From Parcubacteria group bacterium (GTDB lineage: Bacteria > Patescibacteriota > Patescibacteriia > Buchananbacterales > UBA6539): DNA of 64,000 nt. The notes beneath the pieces were generated by a model. The model was not told the origin of the DNA and did no database searches. It was given only the letters and a program-made list of their open reading frames with translations. The position numbers and the translations under genes were made by a program. Positions 37,425-46,178 of the stretch are shown here, in pieces. The DNA lies in NCBI GenBank assembly GCA_002687175.1, contig NYZP01000001.1:839-64838 (forward strand), in the 5' to 3' direction. Positions within the stretch are counted from its first letter, which is position 1, and each line of letters opens with the position of its first letter.

Positions 37425-38503
37425 ACCTCTTTTGGTTGATACTCAGTACTTAATTTATTTTTTTCGTCATAGCGTTCAATCGCCAAATCAATCAATTTTT
37501 CTAACAGCTTAGAATAAGCTAGTCCTGAGGCTTGCCACAACTTTGGATACATAGAAATTGAAGTAAAACCGGGAATGGTGTTAGCCTCATTTAAATAAAC
37601 CTTATGTCCTTTCTTAGTGACCAAAAAATCAATTCGTGCCATTCCGGACAAATTTAAAACTTTAAAGGCCTCTACGGCATAAACCTGAATCTGCTTTATC
37701 ACTTTATTTGGTAATTTAGCAGGTATCACCTCTTCGGAACTTCCATCAACATATTTAGCATCATAATCATAAAATTCATTTGACGAAATTATTTCACCAG
37801 GTACTGAAGTCTTGGGATTATCATTACCTAAAACGGCAATCTCAATTTCATGAGCATTATCAATCCCCTGCTCGACAATAACTTTAGTATCATACTTAAC
37901 CGCGTCATTAACTCCTAAAATTAGTTCTTTGTGATTGTGACATTTAGAAATTCCGACACTGGAACCTAGATTAGCCGGTTTAGCAAACATCGGAAATTTG
38001 AGCCCCCTGCCCTTGATCTGTTTTAATATCTTACTTTTATTATTTTTCCAATCTTTTGCTAAAAACCAATCGTACTTTACGCTGGGTATCTTAACTTGAT
38101 CACAGAGTTGCTTTTGAACCACTTTGTCCATGGCGACTGCTGATCCCAAAACTCCAGCCCCAACATAAGCAATATCTGCCATTTCCAACATTCCTTGAAC
38201 TGTACCATCCTCGCCATATGAACCATGCAGTACAGGAAAAACAACATCAAAACGTTTAAGTAAACTATCAGGAATTAATTCAGCACCTTTTTCTTTGATT
38301 TTTCCCGACTTCAAAGAGATAACTGGATTTGTGGTAATCCACTTACCATCTTTAGTAATGCCAATAGGAATTACTTGATACTTTTTTCTATCCAAAGCTT
38401 TCATTACTGATTGAGCAGAAACTATTGAAACTTCGTGCTCTCCTGATTTTCCACCAAAAATAACACCTACTTTAATCTTACTATTTTTACTTATTTTAGC
38501 CAT
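37412..38503 (-). CDS. ddl: D-alanine--D-alanine ligase
   Basis: KVGVIFGGKSGEHEVSIVSAQSV... and the ATP-grasp motifs (PVLHGSYGEDGTVQGMLE, FAKPANLGSSVGISK). Confidence 0.9.
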   Translation of the reverse strand: MAKISKNSKIKVGVIFGGKSGEHEVSIVSAQSVMKALDRKKYQVIPIGITKDGKWITTNPVISLKSGKIKEKGAELIPDSLLKRFDVVFPVLHGSYGEDGTVQGMLEMADIAYVGAGVLGSAVAMDKVVQKQLCDQVKIPSVKYDWFLAKDWKNNKSKILKQIKGRGLKFPMFAKPANLGSSVGISKCHNHKELILGVNDAVKYDTKVIVEQGIDNAHEIEIAVLGNDNPKTSVPGEIISSNEFYDYDAKYVDGSSEEVIPAKLPNKVIKQIQVYAVEAFKVLNLSGMARIDFLVTKKGHKVYLNEANTIPGFTSISMYPKLWQASGLAYSKLLEKLIDLAIERYDEKNKLSTEYQPKEVWYR

Positions 38504-38520
38504 TTTTATGTAATTACTGT

Positions 38521-39044
38521 TGACAATTATTAAATAGTGTGGTTAACCTACGATCATGCAAATGTGGTTAGTGAATACCGCCGAACAGGTATATACTACC
38601 ACATCAACCGCTCTACGGAGCACAAGGAGGACACAGCGCGAAGAAGAAGAGCACGGCGTCCGGTGCGACGACGAACATGGCCTTCTCCGGCGGGTAACGA
38701 CCCAGCCGGCGGCGCGGGGAGACGTTGCGGAAGAGCAACACAAAAATGGCAGTAAAGAGCGCTGGTGCACCAGCGCCGAAGACGAACGGCACCGGTTTTT
38801 TTCTACCGGAGCCACACAGGTAACACCTAGCTCGCGACGCGTTTCGGTCAAGTTGCTCCCACCCTCCGACCGTCGATCCGCTCAACGATTCGAAATTCGA
38901 CAGGTCGCTGGTTCCAGGGAAGATTACGAGCGCTCCTCCTGATTTCACGTAGGATTCGATGGCCGAAATGGATTCTTCGGCGTAGGAGTCGATATCCAAA
39001 GCGAGGACTACTGGATACGGAATCAGTTGGTCGGTGGGGCGGAT
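38521..39044. other. GC-rich (~58% GC) non-core island between ddl and alr; probable degraded foreign insert
   Basis: TTGACAAT at its left end and GGTCGGTGGGGCGGATTTATTTTTT at its right end. No ATG-initiated ORF with an SD. The track ORFs here start at TTG and have skewed R/A/P/G-rich composition. Confidence 0.4.
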
Positions 39045-40160
39045 TTATTTTTTATACACCCTTTCAAGCTCTGAATTTATTCTGGTTACTACTTCGTAAT
39101 TAATTGTTCTAAGTTTATCTGCCATTTCATCGGCAGTATTTTTTTTACCTACTAACTCAACTTCATCCCCTGCTTTAATACTTTTTATTTTAGAAACATC
39201 AATCATGGTTAAGTTCATGCATACACGTCCAATCACCGGACATTTCTTATTTTTAACAATAACCTCACCATTATTAGATAAATGCCGATCATACCCTTCC
39301 CAGTAACCAACTGCTATAACTGCCATTTTTAACCTTCTGGGGGCAGTGTAAGAGCAACCATAACCTACTTTAGTGCCTTTACTTATTATTTTAACTTGTA
39401 AAACTTTAGTCTTCCAGGTTAGTGCTGGTTCTAAACTTAACCAAGGATAATGTTTTAAAGCAATCTTCTCGGCTTGTTCTGAAGGCCATAATCCGTAAAG
39501 TGATAAACCCAACCTAATTAAATTAAAATGTGCTTGCGGTTCAACTAAACTGGCAGCGCTACATCCAAAATGCACTATTGGTATTTTTATTTTGTCATTC
39601 TGAACTTGTTTCAGAATCTGATTAAAGACTTTTAGTTGATATTTAGTATACCCTACATTTTCCTCAGAAGCGGCAAAGTGACTATAAATTCCTTCAATTT
39701 TTATATTTGGTAACTTATCAACTTGTTTAATAAACTCTACGGCATCTTTTACCAGAATGCCCACGCGAGTTGTGCCAGTGTCAATCTTAATATGCACTTT
39801 GGCAGTTTTTTTTAACTTCTTAGCAGTGCCTGATATTAATTTAGCATAACTTAAACTGTAAATTGGTAAATCAATATTTTGCTTAATTCCCTCTTTTAAA
39901 TAGCGACTTTGGGCATAACTCAAAACAAATATTCTTTTTTTAACATTGTGTTTTCTAAGTTCTAATGCTTCTCCTAAACTAACCACTCCTAGCCACTTTA
40001 CCTTGGGTAAAATCAGCTTTGTTACCTCAATCATGCCGTGTCCATAGGCGTTACTTTTGACGATAGGCATGACTTCAACGCCTTTACCAACAATTTTTTG
40101 GTATTGTTTTAGATTATATAAAATAGCAGATTTTGATATTTCAACCCAAGAATTGTACAT
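39045..40160 (-). CDS. alr: alanine racemase
   Basis: PLP-lysine motif VKSNAYGHG. C-terminal beta-domain with a conserved Y (GYWEGYDR). Confidence 0.9.
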   Translation of the reverse strand: MYNSWVEISKSAILYNLKQYQKIVGKGVEVMPIVKSNAYGHGMIEVTKLILPKVKWLGVVSLGEALELRKHNVKKRIFVLSYAQSRYLKEGIKQNIDLPIYSLSYAKLISGTAKKLKKTAKVHIKIDTGTTRVGILVKDAVEFIKQVDKLPNIKIEGIYSHFAASEENVGYTKYQLKVFNQILKQVQNDKIKIPIVHFGCSAASLVEPQAHFNLIRLGLSLYGLWPSEQAEKIALKHYPWLSLEPALTWKTKVLQVKIISKGTKVGYGCSYTAPRRLKMAVIAVGYWEGYDRHLSNNGEVIVKNKKCPVIGRVCMNLTMIDVSKIKSIKAGDEVELVGKKNTADEMADKLRTINYEVVTRINSELERVYKK

Positions 40161-40200
40161 CTAATTATAGCTAATTTTAGCTGTTATTTAAACTTTACTA

Positions 40201-40229
40201 TTGACAAATCTGTAATTATATGATATATT
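40201..40229 (+). promoter_or_regulatory. sigma70-like promoter of small GC-rich cassette (TTGACA-17-TATATT)
   Basis: Read directly. Followed by a 5'UTR hairpin TCTCTTT-taatcacg-AAAGAGA and a strong SD. Confidence 0.45.
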
Positions 40230-40287
40230 ATTATATTCTCTTTTAATCACGAAAGAGAAAACCCGGTACGAGAAGGAGGTGCACATT

Positions 40288-40440
40288 ATGTCGCGTAAAG
40301 AACTGCAGGACGCAGCAACTAAGTTGCTGAGGGAAGACGGATCCCGGTGGGATGGCAGAAAAAAATCTGCCGTAAAATCCGGTCAGACCAGCTTCGAAAT
40401 GCGAATGCAAGTCGAAGCGGTTGGCGCTGGTAAACACTAG
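40288..40440 (+). CDS. small hydrophilic protein (50 aa) in GC-rich cassette
   Basis: SD AAGGAGGTG lies 6 nt before the ATG. MSRKELQDAATKLLREDGSRWDGRKKSAVKSGQTSFEMRMQVEAVGAGKH. About 53% GC. Not in the ORF track (under 60 aa). Confidence 0.45.
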   Translation: MSRKELQDAATKLLREDGSRWDGRKKSAVKSGQTSFEMRMQVEAVGAGKH

Positions 40441-40467
40441 CGACTAACCAACCGAACACCCGTTCTA

Positions 40468-40516
40468 CCGACCCACTACTTTATATTACTTGATATGGTG
40501 GGTCGGATTTATTTTT
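40468..40516 (+). terminator. terminator of the small cassette (CCGACCCAC-21nt-GTGGGTCGG + ATTTATTTTT)
   Basis: Read directly. The T-run overlaps the serS stop codon on the opposite strand. Confidence 0.5.
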
Positions 40517-41765
40517 GCCTATTTTTTTCTAATTTTTTAAAACCACAGTATTTTTGTAACACTTTTGGAATATCAACTGTACCATCCTTATTTTGATTTT
40601 GTTCTAAGATAGCTGGAATTAATCTGGAAGTGGCTAACCCCGAAGCATTTAAAGTGTGAACAAATTCATTTTTCCCAGTTGTAGTATTTTTAAAACGAAC
40701 ATTGCCGCGCCTGGCTTGATAGTCCAAAGCATTCGAGACACTGCTAACTTCTTTGAAAGTATTCATACTGGGTAACCAAACTTCTATGTCAATTGTTTTG
40801 GCCATGGCGGCCGAGGCATCTTGGGCTGCCAACAGAACCGATTGGAAATGTAACTTTAAATCATCAGTTAGCTTTTCGGCATTTTTCCTTAACTCTTCAA
40901 AATTGTCCCAAGAATTTTCCGGATGAGCAAAATGAAACATCTCTATTTTATTAAATTGATGTCCGCGAATCATTCCTCGTTCTTCTTTACGATAAGATCC
41001 GGCTTCGCGACGAAAGCAAGCTGAGTAGGCATAGTACTTTAAAGGTAAATCTTTCTCAACCAAAATTTCATCCCGGTGATAATTACCCAACATCATTTCC
41101 GACGTAGCATTTAAGCAAGTACCATCTTGAGTCCAAAAAAGATCATCTTTAAATTTTGGAAGATGTCCTGAAGTGTAGGCTGATTGTTCAGTTAACAAAA
41201 ATGGTGGAATTAAAAAGGTGTACTTGTTCTTCTGATGGAAATCAATAAAGTAATTTAACAAAGCCCATTCCAGTAAAGCGCCTTGACCTTTATAGACCCA
41301 GAAGCCAGTCCCCGACATTTTAGCGCCACGTTCGTAATCAATAATATCGAGCTCAGTGGCCAAATCATAATGATCTTTATTTTTAAAACTAAATTTAGAT
41401 TTTTTACCAAATGTTTTTAAAACTTTATTTTTTTCTTTACCACCAGCCACCACGTCATCAGCAGTAATGTTTGGTAGTTCCGAAATTAATTTATTAAGTT
41501 CTGTTTCAACTCGGTTCACTTTCTCATCAAATTTTTTAATATCAGCACCAACTTTTTTCATCTTTTTAATAATATCAACAGTTGGCTTGGTTTTAGAAAA
41601 CTTGTTACGCTCACCCCGTAACAGCTCAACTTTTTGCAATAACTCTTTTCGTTTATCGTCAAGCTTAATAATACTGTCCAAATCTAAATCTTTTTTGGCC
41701 ATTCGCTTTAACAAAGACTTTTGAATAGTCTTTTTATCTTGCCTGATTTTATTGATGTCTAGCAT
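40509..41765 (-). CDS. serS: serine--tRNA ligase
   Basis: N-terminal coiled-coil arm and class II motifs (FRREAGSYRKEERGMIRGHQFNKIEMF). Confidence 0.9.
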   Translation of the reverse strand: MLDINKIRQDKKTIQKSLLKRMAKKDLDLDSIIKLDDKRKELLQKVELLRGERNKFSKTKPTVDIIKKMKKVGADIKKFDEKVNRVETELNKLISELPNITADDVVAGGKEKNKVLKTFGKKSKFSFKNKDHYDLATELDIIDYERGAKMSGTGFWVYKGQGALLEWALLNYFIDFHQKNKYTFLIPPFLLTEQSAYTSGHLPKFKDDLFWTQDGTCLNATSEMMLGNYHRDEILVEKDLPLKYYAYSACFRREAGSYRKEERGMIRGHQFNKIEMFHFAHPENSWDNFEELRKNAEKLTDDLKLHFQSVLLAAQDASAAMAKTIDIEVWLPSMNTFKEVSSVSNALDYQARRGNVRFKNTTTGKNEFVHTLNASGLATSRLIPAILEQNQNKDGTVDIPKVLQKYCGFKKLEKNRQK

Positions 41766-41768
41766 AAT

Positions 41769-43118
41769 TTAAAATTTAATAAAATTTTCAAACTTGTTTT
41801 CACCAATTCTTAAAGGTATTGCAAATTCTTTACCAGTACTGGTATCATAGACCGCTGGTTCAATACTGGTTTTTAGACCAAATAAATCTCCGTTTACAAA
41901 TGAAATGTCTTTTGATCGAATAAGATTGGGGGATATAAAACTCCTAAACTCAAACAATTGATTAACTTCTTGCGAATTAACTTCAATTGAAAAAATGCCA
42001 TCCGGGGTAGTAAATAAAATAGTGTTGTCATCAAGCCAATACAGACTATGGACGACTCGAGTTTGTTTTAAACAAGAATTTTCTCCATCTAAATTCCGAT
42101 AAATTTCCGTCTTTTCTTTACTAGAAATATCACTCATGATTATTGCTTGGCCATAATCATTTTTGTATTTAGCAAAAGATCCATACTTAATGCAACCAGG
42201 TGTTGCCCTAGATTCATTATCAATATCATCAGGATCAATCCTAGTGGGAGTTGTAATATAAACAGTTTTTGTTATACCTGGATTTACCACTCCAAAAATT
42301 TCTCCTTCTACTTCATTATTACCATATGCATAACTACGACTACCTGAACCATATTCATCAAATGTTTGATTAATTAAATCAACAACAAAGCTTGTTTGCC
42401 AAGAAACTGGTCCGTCTCCACCTTGGGAAACTACATAAACTTTGTTATTTTTATTATCAACTGCCTTAATCGCAAAGCCAGCATACAAACCAATACCATC
42501 ACCAATGGCCAGACTTAGGTGTTCTTCGGTCAGCCGATCAATCATTTCTAATTTTCCACCTTGGGCTGACTCACTGGTAGGTGGATTATCTGCCGTTATA
42601 AAATATAGATTGTTCATATCAGCTGAAAATTTAATATCAAGTATCCGTCGATCTTGGTTAACGGTTGTAACGCTGATGAGATTTTGTGACAGCAAATCTA
42701 AAATAACTAACTCTGTTTGGTCCTTTATCATCGGAATCATTCCTTGTTGAGCTGATTGATCTAATACTCTATAAGGTCCAACAACTTCCGTTATCTTAAT
42801 ATCATCTTCATTTAATACTGGGTTTAAGTGATAAAATGTATACTTTCGATTATAGTAATTAAATCCAGTTCCGGTGTCATCGGTCATTTCTGATCTATAA
42901 TAATAGAACGGTGCAACACTTTTGACGATATTATCTAAATCATCAATGTTACTAAAATCATTTTCAATAACATCATCTGAGTCAATATTTGTTAAATCAG
43001 AAACTTCGGTTTGTCCTACTTCAGCCGGTTCGATATAATTAAATACCAAAACAGTTGCACCAGCACTAACAATAGCGACAATGATAGCTACTAAAATATA
43101 AGATACTATTTTATTCAT
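41769..43118 (-). CDS. hypothetical membrane-anchored extracellular protein (449 aa)
   Basis: N-terminal TM anchor. Beta-rich repetitive body. No catalytic motif recognised. Confidence 0.4.
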   Translation of the reverse strand: MNKIVSYILVAIIVAIVSAGATVLVFNYIEPAEVGQTEVSDLTNIDSDDVIENDFSNIDDLDNIVKSVAPFYYYRSEMTDDTGTGFNYYNRKYTFYHLNPVLNEDDIKITEVVGPYRVLDQSAQQGMIPMIKDQTELVILDLLSQNLISVTTVNQDRRILDIKFSADMNNLYFITADNPPTSESAQGGKLEMIDRLTEEHLSLAIGDGIGLYAGFAIKAVDNKNNKVYVVSQGGDGPVSWQTSFVVDLINQTFDEYGSGSRSYAYGNNEVEGEIFGVVNPGITKTVYITTPTRIDPDDIDNESRATPGCIKYGSFAKYKNDYGQAIIMSDISSKEKTEIYRNLDGENSCLKQTRVVHSLYWLDDNTILFTTPDGIFSIEVNSQEVNQLFEFRSFISPNLIRSKDISFVNGDLFGLKTSIEPAVYDTSTGKEFAIPLRIGENKFENFIKF

Positions 43119-43121
43119 AAT

Positions 43122-43514
43122 CTATAACTTTTTTAACTGTGAAGATTTATAAAAACGTGATTTATAAGCTTTAAGTCGTACCAGTTTAATTTGAGGAAAG
43201 TCTGATTCTAATAGATTTACGAAGGCTTTTTGATCATAACCTAAACAAACAACATTTGGTTTAAGTCTTCTAACTACTTTCATCTGATCCACTTTATCAC
43301 CTAAGACTGCTTGATTTACTATTTTTAATTCTGCCACTAACTGCTGCCGGTCTTTTTCCGAATTCATGGGCAATTTTTTTTTGATTTTTTTAGCTGTAGT
43401 ATCTCTAGCAACAACCACCGTTAACTTATCACCGTATTTCTTGGCTTGTTTAAAAAAATTCAAATGCCCGGGATGAATAAAATCAAATGTACCAAATACC
43501 ATTACCTGTTTCAT
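43122..43514 (-). CDS. cytidylyltransferase-like nucleotidyltransferase (HxGH motif; TagD/RibL-like)
   Basis: VMVFGTFDFIHPGHLNFFKQAKKYGDKLTVVVARD shows the HxGH class of alpha/beta phosphodiesterase-fold nucleotidyltransferases. Confidence 0.6.
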   Translation of the reverse strand: MKQVMVFGTFDFIHPGHLNFFKQAKKYGDKLTVVVARDTTAKKIKKKLPMNSEKDRQQLVAELKIVNQAVLGDKVDQMKVVRRLKPNVVCLGYDQKAFVNLLESDFPQIKLVRLKAYKSRFYKSSQLKKL

Positions 43515-43528
43515 GACAATGTCTAAGG

Positions 43529-43945
43529 CTAATTATCAAGCTTAGTAACTTTTCTGATCTTGGGGTTACCAATAACATACAAAAAGACAAGGCTAATTAC
43601 TGAGGCCGTAATAGCTGCCGTATAGTAACCAAGGCCGACCGCCATGCCAACCGCTGCTACCATCCAAATTGTGGCGGCCGTGGTAATGTTGTGAATTTCT
43701 TTACGATCATGAATAATAACACCGGCCCCTAGAAAGCCAATGCCAGTAACTATCCCAGCGGCAATTCTGGCTGGATCAAAATCAAAAGAAAGCGATACGA
43801 TCATGATCAGGGCTGAGCCTAGACCAACTAAAACATTAGTTCGTAGGCCAGCTTCCTTGTGTTTTTGTTCTCGCTCCAGACCGAACAAAGTGCATAAAAT
43901 TGTTGCCACCACCAGTCTAATTATAATTTCACTAACTGTTAACAT
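43529..43945 (-). CDS. MgtC/SapB family membrane protein
   Basis: GLEREQKHKEAGLRTNVLVGLGSALIMIVS...IAAGIVTGIGFLGAGVII...TTAATIWMVAAVGMAVG is the MgtC signature. Confidence 0.8.
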   Translation of the reverse strand: MLTVSEIIIRLVVATILCTLFGLEREQKHKEAGLRTNVLVGLGSALIMIVSLSFDFDPARIAAGIVTGIGFLGAGVIIHDRKEIHNITTAATIWMVAAVGMAVGLGYYTAAITASVISLVFLYVIGNPKIRKVTKLDN

Positions 43946-43948
43946 ATT

Positions 43949-45430
43949 TTATTTCTCCGGACGTAGTAAAGGAAACAGTACCACGTCACGTAAATTATCT
44001 TGCTTTGTTAATAAAGTAATTATTCGGTCAATTCCCATACCCCAGCCTGACATTGGTGGTGCCCCGTGTTCTAAAGCTTTAACGTACTCATCATCTTTGC
44101 CATGAGCTTCGGAATCACCTTTTCTCTTTGCTCTAACTTGATGAAAAAAACGCTGGGCTTGATCAACTGGATCAATCAACTCTGAATATGCATTAACAAT
44201 TTCCCAGCCATTAACCACCAACTGAAAACGATCAACAATATCTGGATTGTCATCATTACGTCTAGCTAAAGGTGAAACATCAATTGGGTGAGAAGTTAAA
44301 AAAGTTGGTTGGATAATTTTGTCTTGCGATACCGTTTTGTATAAAGCATCTATGAGATTGCCTCGTTCAAGTTTATTGATGTCATCAATCTTTATTTTTT
44401 TCTTAGTAATTTGCTTTCTTAGTTCATCAACCGATTTAATCTTATCGATATCGATACCGCAATCTTTTTTAATAACTTTAGCAAAACTAACCTTAGGCCA
44501 AGGTGGCTTGAAATCTACTTTATGTAATTTACCTTGACGATCCATAATTTCTACTTTGAGGGTACCCAGAAGTTTTTTTAATAAATACTCAAACATTTGT
44601 TCAGTAAACTTCATGTTGTCTTCAAAATTCCAATAGGCTGTATAATGTTCGGCAATGGTAAAATCTTGTAAGTGGGACGGGTCCATCCCCTCATTTCTAA
44701 ACGCCCGTCCAATCTCAAACACTCTTTCAAATCCGCCGACAATACTTTCTTTCAGATATGTCTCCGGAGCAATTCTTAAAAATACATCAATGTCTAAAGC
44801 ATTATGACGAGTGTTAAATGGTTTAGCCAGTGCCCCCGAAGCAGTATTTGTTAGTATTGGCGTTTCTACTTCAATAAAATTTTGAGCCCAATAGAACTCT
44901 CTTAAAGATTTAATAAATTGGCTGCGAAATAAAAAACGATCAAATGTTTCTTGATTAGATGTTAAATCTAAATACCTTTGACGATAGATAGATTCCTGAT
45001 CTTTTAAACCATGAAACTTTTCTGGCAACGGCCGTAGCGCTTTTGATAGTAAAGTATATTTTTTAACTAAAATTGAAAGTTCACCTTTTTTAGTTTTGAA
45101 CACTTCCCCTTCAATGCCAATAAAATCAGCCGGGTCAAAAATCTTTAAAAATTTCTTTAAATCTAGGTCATTTTTTTTTAAGACAATCTGCATTTTACTC
45201 GAACTGTCTTGGATATGGCAAAATGCGATTTTACCCATTTCCCGAATGGTTAATAATCTCCCAGCGGTTTTTACTTTTTTACCCACCTTTAATTTTAAAA
45301 CTTCAGCAACTGACTGAAGTTTTTCAAATTTTTCCGGGTAAGGGTTAATCTTCTGCTCTCTGATTTTCTTTAGTTTGTCTAACCGAGTATTATACTCGTC
45401 TTTCAAAGGTTTTGGCAAAATTTTTGACAT
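43949..45430 (-). CDS. lysS: lysine--tRNA ligase (class II)
   Basis: OB-fold N-terminus. Class II motifs (FIEVETPIL; GGFERVFEIGRAFRNEG; MSGWGMGIDRII). Confidence 0.9.
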   Translation of the reverse strand: MSKILPKPLKDEYNTRLDKLKKIREQKINPYPEKFEKLQSVAEVLKLKVGKKVKTAGRLLTIREMGKIAFCHIQDSSSKMQIVLKKNDLDLKKFLKIFDPADFIGIEGEVFKTKKGELSILVKKYTLLSKALRPLPEKFHGLKDQESIYRQRYLDLTSNQETFDRFLFRSQFIKSLREFYWAQNFIEVETPILTNTASGALAKPFNTRHNALDIDVFLRIAPETYLKESIVGGFERVFEIGRAFRNEGMDPSHLQDFTIAEHYTAYWNFEDNMKFTEQMFEYLLKKLLGTLKVEIMDRQGKLHKVDFKPPWPKVSFAKVIKKDCGIDIDKIKSVDELRKQITKKKIKIDDINKLERGNLIDALYKTVSQDKIIQPTFLTSHPIDVSPLARRNDDNPDIVDRFQLVVNGWEIVNAYSELIDPVDQAQRFFHQVRAKRKGDSEAHGKDDEYVKALEHGAPPMSGWGMGIDRIITLLTKQDNLRDVVLFPLLRPEK

Positions 45431-45472
45431 AAAGTTAATAGTAATATTTTACTAAAAAAATGGGTTTTAGTC

Positions 45473-45502
45473 AAAGAAAAAATACCGCTATTTACGGTAT
45501 AA
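45473..45502 (-). terminator. terminator after greA
   Basis: On the - strand, ATACCG-taaatag-CGGTAT followed by TTTTTTCTTT. Confidence 0.5.
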
Positions 45503-45520
45503 ATTTGTCAGTAAATTTTA

Positions 45521-45979
45521 CTAGGTTATCTCTAAAATCTCACAGTCCATGTCACCATTAGGAACCTGGACAACCACCTTCTCGCCCTTTTGATGTCCTA
45601 AAAAAGCTCGACCAATTGGTGATTCATTGGATATTAAGCCTTGGGTCGGGTCAGCCTCATTAGAGCCGACAATGGTGTATTTAAACTCTTTATCACCACA
45701 CAGTGCTCTGATAGTACAGCCAACTGTTACGAAATCCTTATTACCTTTATTATCAATAATTTCTGACCGACTGGTAAGGTTTTCCAACTCAGTAATCCGC
45801 CCAGCAATAAAACCCTGCTCGTCTTTGGCATCTTGGTACTCGGCGTTTTCTGAAAGATCACCCAATTCTTTGGCTCGAGCAATACGTTCAATAACTTCTG
45901 GCATCTTATTCTTTTTCAAATCTTCCATTTCTTCTTTCAATTTTTTTAGCCCATCCTTTGTAATATAATTTACACCCAT
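45521..45979 (-). CDS. greA: transcription elongation factor GreA
   Basis: N-terminal coiled coil (LKKLKEEMEDLKK...ENAEYQDAK) and a C-terminal FKBP-like domain. Confidence 0.9.
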   Translation of the reverse strand: MGVNYITKDGLKKLKEEMEDLKKNKMPEVIERIARAKELGDLSENAEYQDAKDEQGFIAGRITELENLTSRSEIIDNKGNKDFVTVGCTIRALCGDKEFKYTIVGSNEADPTQGLISNESPIGRAFLGHQKGEKVVVQVPNGDMDCEILEIT

Positions 45980-46130
45980 AAGTTTAATTTTGACTTATAA
46001 AAAAATAGCGGGAATGTTAAGTTTAAATCGCTAAAGTTTATTTATATATTAAATATTTTATTGGTAGTAGTTATCCACAATCTAAATTTATTTCAATCAT
46101 TATAGCCTAAGCAAAATATGTCGTCAATAG

Positions 46131-46172
46131 TAAAAAAACCCTTGTCTCTCACAGGTTGAAAAAACAAGGGCT
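46131..46172 (-). terminator. terminator after large surface-protein gene
   Basis: On the - strand, CCCTTGT...ACAAGGG hairpin followed by TTTTTTT. Confidence 0.6.
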
Positions 46173-46178
46173 GGCTTT

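Noticed and set aside
38543-38999. Three mutually overlapping 100-130-aa ORFs in the 38.5-39.0 kb GC island
   Set aside because: All start at TTG or lack an SD. Their composition is dominated by R/P/A/G, and they overlap each other on both strands. Treated as non-coding or degraded foreign DNA rather than genes. Only the first ~50 codons of the - strand frame look protein-like.
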